Positions 17,064-23,474 of a stretch of 42,273 nucleotides of DNA are shown piece by piece. The DNA is from a virus: IMG/VR virus record IMGVR_UViG_3300045988_002998; one strand, 5' to 3'. The translations under genes and the position numbers were made by a program. Below the pieces are notes generated by a model. That model did no database searches and was not told the origin of the DNA. It saw only the letters and a list, made by a program, of their open reading frames with translations. The stretch's first letter is position 1, and each line of letters starts with the position of its first letter.

Positions 17064-17132
17064 CAACTGCATAGCATAGCTTTTTCGTGACTTCACGAAA
17101 ATGGTCGGCCCCGTGCCGATACTAACAACAAC

Positions 17133-17165
17133 GCGGCGGGGCTATTGCCTCGCCGCTGTATTTTA
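17133..17165 (+). terminator. Rho-independent terminator after gene G
   Basis: gcggcggggc-tatt-gcctcgccgc (10 bp with one G-U), then tgtaTTTT. Confidence 0.6.
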
Positions 17166-17205
17166 ACATGGTTGATTTCGACCACTTTAGAAAGGACTGA
17201 TTATT

Positions 17206-17628
17206 TTGGCAGAATACACAAACGCGAATATTGTGAGCGTAGCCGCAGGCCAGAACGTTCCCTTGACCGAAACGGCGGTCAATAGCAAGCCGTGTATCGT
17301 GCATCGCCAGGGCGCAGGCATTGTCACGCTGCGCGGTCTCACTAATCAAAATCGCGCCCTGTTTAGGATCTCCTTTGGCGGCAACATCGCTATTCCCACC
17401 GGAGGCACGGTCGAGGCCATCACGGCGGCGCTTGCCATCAACGGAGAGCCGCTGACCAGTGCAACAGCTACCGTCACGCCTGCTGCGGTAGAAAACTACT
17501 TTAACATTTATGTTTCCGCACAGGTCTGCGTCCCGAAAGGCTGCTGCCTGACGGTCGCAATGGAAAACACCAGCACTCAGGCCGTCAACTTCGCCAACTC
17601 GAACCTGACGGTTGAGAGAATCGCGTGA
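17206..17628 (+). CDS. Small beta-rich protein resembling the BclA C-terminal (TNF/C1q-like jelly-roll) domain (island gene H)
   Basis: 140 aa; TTG start. The pattern ...LFRISFGGNIAIP...ALAINGEPL...CCLTVAMENTS...NSNLTVERIA parallels the BclA CTD ending ...IIIEKVA (recall, not searched). Confidence 0.4.
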   Translation: MAEYTNANIVSVAAGQNVPLTETAVNSKPCIVHRQGAGIVTLRGLTNQNRALFRISFGGNIAIPTGGTVEAITAALAINGEPLTSATATVTPAAVENYFNIYVSAQVCVPKGCCLTVAMENTSTQAVNFANSNLTVERIA

Positions 17629-17641
17629 AAGGAGAATGGAC

Positions 17642-18019
17642 ATGAGTAATAAAGCAATGTATGATCTTCGTGAAATGCTCTGCAAAGAGCTTGACGAAAT
17701 CGCCGACAAGCGCGAAATGTCTGCGGGCGATTTGGATGCGATCCAGAAGCTGACCAGCTCCATCAAGAATACCTACAAGATCGAGATGGCTGAAGACGGC
17801 GGCTATTCCCGAGATGGCGAGTGGGAGGCGGATATGCGCGGCACATATGGACGCGGAAGTTCATACCGTGGGCGCCGCCGCGACGCAATGGGCCGTTACA
17901 GCCGCACCGACGCCCGCGAGCACATGCATGCGCAGCTGGAGGATATGATGCGCGATGCGGACGACGATAAGGCCCGCGACGCAATCCGTCGCTGCATGGA
18001 GCAAATCGACCGGGCATAA
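17642..18019 (+). CDS. Hypothetical protein with R/G/Y/S-rich centre (island gene I)
   Basis: AAAGGAG 7 nt before ATG 17642; GGYSRDGEWEADMRGTYGRGSSYRGRRRDAMGRYSR flanked by helical acidic segments. Confidence 0.5.
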   Translation: MSNKAMYDLREMLCKELDEIADKREMSAGDLDAIQKLTSSIKNTYKIEMAEDGGYSRDGEWEADMRGTYGRGSSYRGRRRDAMGRYSRTDAREHMHAQLEDMMRDADDDKARDAIRRCMEQIDRA

Positions 18020-18031
18020 GGAGGGGTACGC

Positions 18032-18388
18032 ATGCTGGATAAAGCCGAGATCCGCAAGGAGATAGCGCGGCTGGAATATGAGGAATCCAGCTATCCCAAC
18101 TATGCCAAACTCGCGAATCTGTACACGATCCGCAAGCAGATGCAGGAGGAAGAACAGGGCGCGCGAAACATAGCCGCTTTTTCTTATTCCGGCGATCCTG
18201 CACCAGCCCCTGTTTCCGAGCAGCCGGAAACAATAAGCGAGTACGGTGATAGCGATTTCTTGCGCACCGTAGCCGGAAAAGATCCCGCACGTGTCTGGCC
18301 AATCATGGACGAGTTGATGGATACGGTATTGCTTGTCAAGCGAAGCGTGTATGATTCCGTTATGCGGAAGATATCCGATACAAGATAA
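18032..18388 (+). CDS. Hypothetical protein (island gene J)
   Basis: 118 aa; GGAGGGG RBS; last gene before attP. Confidence 0.45.
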   Translation: MLDKAEIRKEIARLEYEESSYPNYAKLANLYTIRKQMQEEEQGARNIAAFSYSGDPAPAPVSEQPETISEYGDSDFLRTVAGKDPARVWPIMDELMDTVLLVKRSVYDSVMRKISDTR

Positions 18389-18392
18389 AACA

Positions 18393-18413
18393 GGTTACAC
18401 TCTTATTACACTC
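18393..18413 (+). repeat. attP arm-type repeat pair (P arm)
   Basis: GGTTACACTC TT ATTACACTC; the core TTACACTC occurs twice. Confidence 0.55.
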
Positions 18414-18455
18414 AAAAGCAAGAAAAACCGTTGAAATTACTGCGTTTTTTATTGA

Positions 18456-18500
18456 ATGGGGTTCAAGAGGCCGCTGGTTCGAATCCAGTCACTCGGACCA
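18456..18500 (+). other. attP core candidate: 3' fragment of a tRNA gene
   Basis: T-arm GCTGG-TTCGAAT-CCAGT (18473..18489), acceptor strand CACTCGG, discriminator A, CCA (18498..18500). No matching 5' acceptor strand (CCGAGTG) lies upstream. Confidence 0.6.
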
Positions 18501-18516
18501 ATGCAAAACGGGAAAA

Positions 18517-18548
18517 GCCCTGAAACCGCAAAGGTTTCAGGGCTTTTT
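18517..18548 (+). terminator. Rho-independent terminator directly after the tRNA fragment
   Basis: gccctgaaacc-gcaaa-ggtttcagggc (11-bp perfect stem) followed by TTTTT. Confidence 0.8.
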
Positions 18549-18600
18549 CTTTTCTTCTCCGTAAAGGCAAAATCACGCCAGATTTCGAGAAATCACGTTG

Positions 18601-18623
18601 GGTTACACTCCTGGTTACACTCC
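18601..18623 (+). repeat. attP arm-type repeat pair (P' arm)
   Basis: GGTTACACTCC T GGTTACACTCC; same core and orientation as 18393..18413. Confidence 0.55.
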
Positions 18624-18633
18624 GCTTTTTATC

Positions 18634-19752
18634 CTAGATCGCGTTTATGATTTTCTTCAAGTCTTCCAGATTCACGTCTTGGTAGTACCGGAGCATCTCA
18701 GGGCTTGCGTGGCCGATCAATTTCATTTTATCCTTGTCAGGCGCAACAACTTTTTTCATCAATGTCGCGAATGTGTGCCTGCATGTATGCGGCGAATATT
18801 TGTGGATTCCGTTTACCATTGGGTTTTCAATGCCGACGGCTTCTAGTGTGGGGTAAAAAACAGCGTCCCGGAATCTATCATAGGAAAATTGGTTACCTTT
18901 TTCATCGCAGAACAACGCGCCGGACGCTTTTCCGTCGTAAAGACGATCAATAATGGGCTGGATCTTCGGGCTGATGGGAACGACACGATTTTTTCCAGCC
19001 TCCGTTTTCGCACCACCGGTCAGCGTTTTTTTATTCGCATCGTAGCTGTCAACGCTCAGGGCCAGCAGTTCTGACGGTCTGAAGCCGAGATAGCACATTG
19101 CATAAATATAATCCGTGAACGGAATCACGCCGACAGCGTCTCGTATTCTTTCAATCTGTTCTTGCGTAAAGCTTTCCCTCGCCGCTCCGAACTCTCCGCT
19201 GACAATCAGATATTGCCCTAAATTCAGTTCTGCGTAGCCGCGTGGAACTGCGTACTTGTACATAAGCCCTGCTAACGCTTTCATGTTTTCTTTTGTTCTT
19301 CTTCCTCTCGGGCATTCGTCCATGCATTCCTGCAAATCATCTATTTCTATATCTTCCAGTTTCCAGAACTCAACTTGATAAAAGTATTTTTCGGCTGATT
19401 TGTAGCAATCAATTGTGGATTTCCCAGCTCTGTGAGTGGGGAGCCACATTTCGTAGAGTTCACGCCATGTAATTGCTTTTTCGCGCTTCTTCTGCCCGGC
19501 CAACATCGGCAGGTAGTCAAGCGCTTCTTTTTTTGTGCGGAATCCGCATTTCCGAGCAACAACGCGCTTTACAGATCCGTTTTCTTCTCGGTATCCCTTT
19601 GTTATTTCCGCTACCCATTTATCGTTGCGCCGGTATACCGAGCCCGTGCCGTTCCCGCGTTTTGTGGCCTTTTTTGTTTGCTGTTTTTTCCCGCACCAGC
19701 AACAGTAGGGCGCGCCGTCTGGAATTTCCTTTTTACACTTGATGCACTCCAT
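18634..19752 (-). CDS. int: Tyrosine integrase with N-terminal zinc ribbon
   Basis: MECIKCKKEIPDGAPYCCWCGKK; catalytic-type motifs GFRPSELLAL, HTCRHTFATLM, LIGHASPEMLRYYQDV. GGAGGG precedes ATG 19752 (track start 19764 is a GTG inside the SD). Confidence 0.9.
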   Translation of the reverse strand: MECIKCKKEIPDGAPYCCWCGKKQQTKKATKRGNGTGSVYRRNDKWVAEITKGYREENGSVKRVVARKCGFRTKKEALDYLPMLAGQKKREKAITWRELYEMWLPTHRAGKSTIDCYKSAEKYFYQVEFWKLEDIEIDDLQECMDECPRGRRTKENMKALAGLMYKYAVPRGYAELNLGQYLIVSGEFGAARESFTQEQIERIRDAVGVIPFTDYIYAMCYLGFRPSELLALSVDSYDANKKTLTGGAKTEAGKNRVVPISPKIQPIIDRLYDGKASGALFCDEKGNQFSYDRFRDAVFYPTLEAVGIENPMVNGIHKYSPHTCRHTFATLMKKVVAPDKDKMKLIGHASPEMLRYYQDVNLEDLKKIINAI

Positions 19753-20308
19753 GTTTCCCTCCACGTTCTTTTCGGATCGCGTAGAAAGTAATTGCCGAAG
19801 CCAGAACCGAACCTACGATCAGGGCGATACACGCCCATGCGGTTACGGTCAAATCTCCATCGCGAATGAGGCCTGCGTTCCGAATCTGCGCATCCGTCAC
19901 AAGGCAAGCAACCAGGGAAAAGGAGAGCAGCAAACAAAATAGGGCGAGAACGTAACACATTGTATGTGTAGACCTTATCTGCGCGCTCTGTAGGGCTGTT
20001 GCTGCCTCCAGCTTGGCGTTTTCAAGCTCGACATGATGGATCTGCTTGGTCAGCTTTTCCGGGCTTCCGACGGGATTTTCAAGGCCGAACAGCTCGTCGA
20101 GCGACAGACCAAGCGTTTTACATATTGCGGCCGAGTTATAAAGCCGTGGATCCGCTTGTGTTCCAGCATATAATCGGCTCACGGTGGAGAAGGAAACGCC
20201 GGACTTTTCCGACAGCTCCTCCAGCGTCATTCCGCTGTGATCTTTCGCATTTCTGATTTTCCCATGATACGCGCCGATAAACGGCGCGAGTTCCTGTATC
20301 GCGGACAT
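19733..20308 (-). CDS. XRE-family HTH regulator with C-terminal double transmembrane anchor
   Basis: 191 aa; GGAGGAG RBS. HTH MTLEELSEKSGVSFSTVSRLYAG, coiled linker, then CYVLALFCLLLSFSLVACLV and WACIALIVGSVLASAITFYAI. The 3' end overlaps the int start by 20 nt. Confidence 0.65.
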   Translation of the reverse strand: MSAIQELAPFIGAYHGKIRNAKDHSGMTLEELSEKSGVSFSTVSRLYAGTQADPRLYNSAAICKTLGLSLDELFGLENPVGSPEKLTKQIHHVELENAKLEAATALQSAQIRSTHTMCYVLALFCLLLSFSLVACLVTDAQIRNAGLIRDGDLTVTAWACIALIVGSVLASAITFYAIRKERGGKHGVHQV

Positions 20309-20360
20309 TGGTGCTCCTCCAATCGCAGATTTTATTGTTATTTCTTACATGCCCCGTGTT

Positions 20361-20392
20361 AAAACGCAAACTGTAAGAAGAAAACGCAAAAC
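20361..20392. repeat. Direct repeats AAAACGCAAA x2, 20 bp apart (operator candidates)
   Basis: aaaacgcaaact (20361..20372) and aaaacgcaaaac (20381..20392) in the divergent intergenic region. Confidence 0.4.
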
Positions 20393-20397
20393 TCGAG

Positions 20398-20426
20398 CTT
20401 TTTTTACAAACATTATCTGGTACAAT
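20398..20426 (+). promoter_or_regulatory. Candidate extended -10 promoter (rightward)
   Basis: TGgTACAAT at 20418..20426; poor -35 (cttttt). Confidence 0.35.
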
Positions 20427-20469
20427 GAAAACGTAGCAGATAGTTCCTGAATCCGGCATTTGCTGAAAT

Positions 20470-20502
20470 GGCCCCACCGTATGTTCCAGATACGATGGGG
20501 CC
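20470..20502 (+). promoter_or_regulatory. Stem-loop in the intergenic leader
   Basis: ggcccca-c-cgtat / gttccag loop / atacg-a-tggggcc (12 bp with a symmetric 1-nt internal loop); no U-tract. Confidence 0.3.
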
Positions 20503-20603
20503 GACCAAACAGAATATTGTATTACATTATCAGCCCCATAAACGTCTCTTTTCATTTTCTGTACGCCCAAAAAACAGGCGGCATTTTTGTCGAGGACTTC
20601 CAA

Positions 20604-20632
20604 TTAACGAATTAGAACGAAAGTTCTAAAAT
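20604..20632 (+). promoter_or_regulatory. Candidate promoter with palindromic operator for 20655..21041
   Basis: TTAACG-17-TAAAAT. The perfect inverted repeat TTAGAAC-gaaa-GTTCTAA (20612..20629) overlaps the spacer and -10. Confidence 0.35.
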
Positions 20633-20654
20633 ATACAACATCGGAGGAACGAAT

Positions 20655-20837
20655 ATGAAAAGCATCAATGTTCGGCTGGATAACGGGCAGGTAAATGTCA
20701 TCGTCGACGGCGCGCTGTTTCGGGATGTGCACAGTCTGAGCCTTGACTATATCAAGGGCCTGCCCATGCTATTCTCCTGCGTCTCGGATGTAGGCGAGGA
20801 GCAGAACAAAAGGCGGGAACCGCGGATCCTGAATTGA
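20655..20837 (+). CDS. Small hypothetical protein
   Basis: 60 aa; strong GGAGGA RBS. Confidence 0.45.
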   Translation: MKSINVRLDNGQVNVIVDGALFRDVHSLSLDYIKGLPMLFSCVSDVGEEQNKRREPRILN

Positions 20838-20846
20838 GAAAGGGCG

Positions 20847-21041
20847 GTGGATAGCATGTGGCTGAAAATCGCTGAACTGATTTTGCTTGCCGCGCTCTTC
20901 GTAAATCTGATCGTGCTGCTGGCTCTGCACATAAGAGAGAAGCGCATCGAAAAAGAACTGCGCGAGCAGATCGGAGAAGACGCATTCCGGCGCTATATGG
21001 CGTCACTCAAGCAGAAACGCAGGAAAACCGGGAAAGATTAA
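20847..21041 (+). CDS. Small single-pass membrane protein
   Basis: TM IAELILLAALFVNLIVLLAL followed by a K/R/E-rich tail; start uncertain (GTG 20847 or ATG 20856). Confidence 0.4.
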   Translation: MDSMWLKIAELILLAALFVNLIVLLALHIREKRIEKELREQIGEDAFRRYMASLKQKRRKTGKD

Positions 21042-21670
21042 CTGCGATCGCAGTATTCCATGCGCATGCTTGGAATTGTAACTGTAGCGCCAAGAACCGA
21101 TAGATAGGTCTCAACGCCCTTGCACTCGCCATAACAGGTAATATAGTCACCCTCCAGAATGCGGCTTTCGCCGTCTCCCCTTGAGTACGTTACATACCAA
21201 ATTCCGTAGTCCGTCTGCACACGGAAGACGACGGAATCAAGAATGCCCTCCTGTACCTGAATAACGGTTCCGCTGATTACGGTTTTCTTGCCTTTGTAGT
21301 CATCCGGATTTCTTGAAACGCCGGAATAAGACAAGTCCTCGCAGTTTGCGATGTATTCGATCCGCAGCTCTTCCGGGCTTTTTGTGTCCGCGGTCGTGCC
21401 GTCGGATTCTCCCTGAGACAGCAGCCCGACACAGAGCAAGAAGAAAAGCGCAACGAGCGCGACGACAATTGCCTTCTCAGCGTTGCTCATCCGTTTCCTG
21501 TGCTTTGCACCGCAGGCCGGGCATCTGGTGGCCTTTGCGCTGATCTGCGCGCCGCACGTCCGGCACACAGCCTTCCGGTTCTGCGTCTTGCAGTTCGGGC
21601 AGCGCTTCAATTTTTCGTCGAACTCTTCCCCGCACCGCGGGCAGATCACGTGATAAATCTGCTTTTGCAT
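21038..21670 (-). CDS. Double zinc-ribbon / TM / extracytoplasmic beta-domain protein (superinfection-exclusion candidate)
   Basis: CPRCGEEF..CPNC and CRTCGAQ..CPAC, TM AIVVALVALFFLLCVGLL, then a ~120-aa domain; GGAGGG RBS. Confidence 0.5.
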   Translation of the reverse strand: MQKQIYHVICPRCGEEFDEKLKRCPNCKTQNRKAVCRTCGAQISAKATRCPACGAKHRKRMSNAEKAIVVALVALFFLLCVGLLSQGESDGTTADTKSPEELRIEYIANCEDLSYSGVSRNPDDYKGKKTVISGTVIQVQEGILDSVVFRVQTDYGIWYVTYSRGDGESRILEGDYITCYGECKGVETYLSVLGATVTIPSMRMEYCDRS

Positions 21671-21794
21671 ACAGTATCACCCTCCATTTATACTGGTAAT
21701 ACCTGTATGGTATCACCAAAATGAAACAGCCGCAATGCCGAACCTGAACAAAAATAGACGTTGAAATTTGGAAGCTTGGAGATAGGAGCGGACA

Positions 21795-21953
21795 ATGGTT
21801 GAAAATTTACAGGAAGTATGCGACAATGATACCAAGAAAACAAACGTTCGCGAGGAATTAAAAGCTGCCGTTTTGTCGCTTACAGACGAACAGGCCGTGT
21901 ATGTGTTAAGGAGGATGCAATGCTGTTTGCAAGAAAAGAAATCGAACGACTGA
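21795..21953 (+). CDS. Small hypothetical ORF (52 aa, below the track threshold)
   Basis: ATAGGAG 6 nt before ATG 21795; MVENLQEVCDNDTKKTNVREELKAAVLSLTDEQAVYVLRRM...; stop TGA 21951..21953. Confidence 0.3.
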   Translation: MVENLQEVCDNDTKKTNVREELKAAVLSLTDEQAVYVLRRMQCCLQEKKSND

Positions 21954-22225
21954 GAGAAGAAAATCGCGATCTGAGATCGCAGCTTTCACAAGAGAAGGAG
22001 AAAACGCGCCGGTCTGCATTTATAGAAACAGCGAACCTCCCGGAATGCAAAAGCCTGGCCTGCGTCGGATGCGAACATATTGTTGTGCAGGTTACTCCGC
22101 ACGGTGGATACTTTGTTGTAGGCTGCGGAAAAAATAACCCATGTGGGGATTACGTCAAGTCCAATGCCCCTGAAGCGCAGAAACAGGCTATCCGACAAGT
22201 GCTGCAATCGCAATGGCAGTTGTGA
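21920..22225 (+). CDS. Hypothetical Cys-containing protein
   Basis: 101 aa; AAGGAGG RBS; N-terminal coiled segment, then CKSLACVGCEH...GCGKNNPCGDY. Confidence 0.45.
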   Translation: MLFARKEIERLREENRDLRSQLSQEKEKTRRSAFIETANLPECKSLACVGCEHIVVQVTPHGGYFVVGCGKNNPCGDYVKSNAPEAQKQAIRQVLQSQWQL

Positions 22226-22511
22226 TCGCGTAAGGAAGCCAAAAGGCCCAAAAGTCTTTTCGTTTCTGCTCGATATAGTCCCTGCCGTATAATGTGATTC
22301 TGATTCGGTCTTCGGAGTTAACCGTTCCGCCCGCTCCGTCTGGCTCCCCGCCGATTGAAAATTCCTCAATGAGTTTATCAAGCTTAAGATAGGTTACATA
22401 TTTGTTCAGCCGATTCTTTTCTGTGTGAGAAGTGAACGCGTTTACCTCATCTACACTCATTGAATCGGTTCGATACAGTTTTTTCAGGAGTTTATACGCG
22501 GTCTTTTCCAT
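22188..22511 (-). CDS. Hypothetical protein with C-terminal TM, co-oriented with the repressor
   Basis: 107 aa; C-terminus FWAFWLPYAITTAIAIAALVG; starts 8 nt after the repressor stop. Confidence 0.45.
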   Translation of the reverse strand: MEKTAYKLLKKLYRTDSMSVDEVNAFTSHTEKNRLNKYVTYLKLDKLIEEFSIGGEPDGAGGTVNSEDRIRITLYGRDYIEQKRKDFWAFWLPYAITTAIAIAALVG

Positions 22512-22518
22512 AAATCCT

Positions 22519-22848
22519 TCACATCAGCTTCAGCGCTTCAGCAATAAACCCGGCAAGCTTTCTGCACTGCTCGTCAGAAAGCCCATCGATCATATCAAGC
22601 AGCTGCTGTTTTTCCTGGCTCACCGCCCCATCCTTCGGGATGGGGCCTTTTTTTATGCCTTTGCCCATCAGTTCTTCTACTGTTACGCCGAAGTAGTCGG
22701 CGATTTTTTGCGCATTTACGTCAGAGGGTTTTGTCTTCCGCGCTTTCCAACAGCTTATTGTTGACTTGTCGATTCCGAGTTCTCGGCCAACGTATGCAGG
22801 GGTTTTGTCTACAGAAGCGCAAAGCGCAACAAAGTTGTCATAAAACAC
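22519..22848 (-). CDS. CI-like XRE-family repressor
   Basis: 109 aa; GTG start with GAGGTG 7 nt upstream; HTH TPAYVGRELGIDKSTISCWKARK; divergent from the early operon. Confidence 0.75.
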   Translation of the reverse strand: MFYDNFVALCASVDKTPAYVGRELGIDKSTISCWKARKTKPSDVNAQKIADYFGVTVEELMGKGIKKGPIPKDGAVSQEKQQLLDMIDGLSDEQCRKLAGFIAEALKLM

Positions 22849-22884
22849 AATAATACACCTCTGGAACTGTTAAATACGACGAAA

Positions 22885-22901
22885 GTTGAATTAGTTTGCA
22901 A
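22885..22901. promoter_or_regulatory. Operator-like 17-mer O1
   Basis: GTTGAATTAGTTTGCAA; 15/17 identical to 22947..22963. Confidence 0.55.
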
Positions 22902-22908
22902 ATAGCGG

Positions 22909-22937
22909 TTGACAGTTGAGAATGTTTGATGTATTAT
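22909..22937 (+). promoter_or_regulatory. Early rightward promoter (PR-like)
   Basis: TTGACA (22909..22914), 17-nt spacer, TATTAT (22932..22937). Confidence 0.65.
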
Positions 22938-22946
22938 TGCCTTGTG

Positions 22947-22963
22947 GTTGAAAAAGTTTGCAA
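22947..22963. promoter_or_regulatory. Operator-like 17-mer O2
   Basis: GTTGAAAAAGTTTGCAA; starts 62 bp after O1; the two sites bracket the promoter. Confidence 0.55.
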
Positions 22964-23080
22964 CAGACAAGACCCAAGCAAATCAACGCTTGCGCCAATG
23001 CTAATGTGTTTCTCGCAAATTCATAGTAGCACAAACAGTAAACAATTTCAACAACAAATTTCAAAAGTTGACTGCGGCGT

Positions 23081-23114
23081 AAAGAAAAGCCGCCCGTGGT
23101 TCGTTCACGAGCGG
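23081..23114 (-). terminator. Rho-independent terminator (minus strand)
   Basis: Minus-strand RNA ccgcucgug-aacgaac-cacgggcgg (9 bp, one G-U) followed by CUUUUCUUU. Confidence 0.5.
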
Positions 23115-23321
23115 GTTTCCCCAGAGTTGTTTACCAGAACGCGCTGCATCGTCAGGCCCCAGCAGCACACCGGGGAACGGCTTACTTGCCTGCTGGTGGC
23201 ATACACCCTTTTTACGCGGTCGGTTCCGCTTGTATGCCTGCCTGACACTGGCGAACGCAAAACGAACTTACGCTTCTATGACGCGCCGCTCACTTTGGCA
23301 GTTCTGGCGCTGCCCCTTGCC

Positions 23322-23378
23322 CTAACGCATCACGCCGTTTCTTTGGTCTGGAACTGGCAAGTTCAAAAGTTTGGTCAT
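23322..23378 (-). CDS. 18-codon uORF / leader peptide candidate (MTKLLNLPVPDQRNGVMR)
   Basis: AGGAGG (23392..23387) is 8 nt upstream of ATG (23378..23376); stop TAG (23324..23322). Confidence 0.3.
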   Translation of the reverse strand: MTKLLNLPVPDQRNGVMR

Positions 23379-23417
23379 GAAAACCACCTCCTGAATTTAC
23401 CTAAAAGGGCTAATGGC

Positions 23418-23447
23418 AGTATAGCACGTCTGGGGCGTTGCAGTCAA
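23418..23447 (-). promoter_or_regulatory. Leftward promoter facing the repressor gene (PRE-like position)
   Basis: Minus strand reads TTGACT, 18 nt, TGcTATACT (extended -10). Confidence 0.5.
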
Positions 23448-23474
23448 CGATTTTAACAGAATGGAGGTGTGTAT

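Larger units (their letters stand above)
23081..23411 (-). ncRNA. Candidate ~330-nt structured leader/antisense RNA of the genetic switch
   Basis: Bounded by the minus-strand promoter (23447..23418) and terminator. The GC-rich core folds into a three-way junction: 23151..23157/23240..23246 closes hairpins 23159..23165/23190..23196 and 23198..23205/23231..23238, with 1-nt linkers. Confidence 0.4.

Noticed and set aside
17082-17101. Hairpin ttttcgtg-actt-cacgaaaa after gene G as a terminator
   Set aside because: It has no downstream U-tract on either strand. The adjacent GC-rich hairpin with TTTT (17133..17165) is the better terminator.
18421-18500. Complete tRNA gene
   Set aside because: Only the T-arm, 3' acceptor strand and CCA are present. 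No complementary 5' acceptor strand, D-arm or anticodon arm can be drawn upstream, which fits an attP core instead.
23121-23200. SRP (4.5S) RNA-like strings GUUUACCAG and GUCAGG on the plus strand
   Set aside because: The order and spacing of the elements do not match SRP domain IV (no GGAA tetraloop, no AGCAGCC 3' strand in the right place). It is most likely a chance resemblance within a GC-rich structured segment.
22926-23456. 176-aa plus-strand ORF spanning the whole switch gap
   Set aside because: Its ATG lies between the -35 and -10 of the promoter that would have to transcribe it. Internal Met codons (22998, 23004) have no SD. The composition is Cys/Arg/His-rich with no recognisable domain. 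The length of the open frame is statistically unusual, though, so it is kept as the explicit alternative to the structured-RNA hypothesis.
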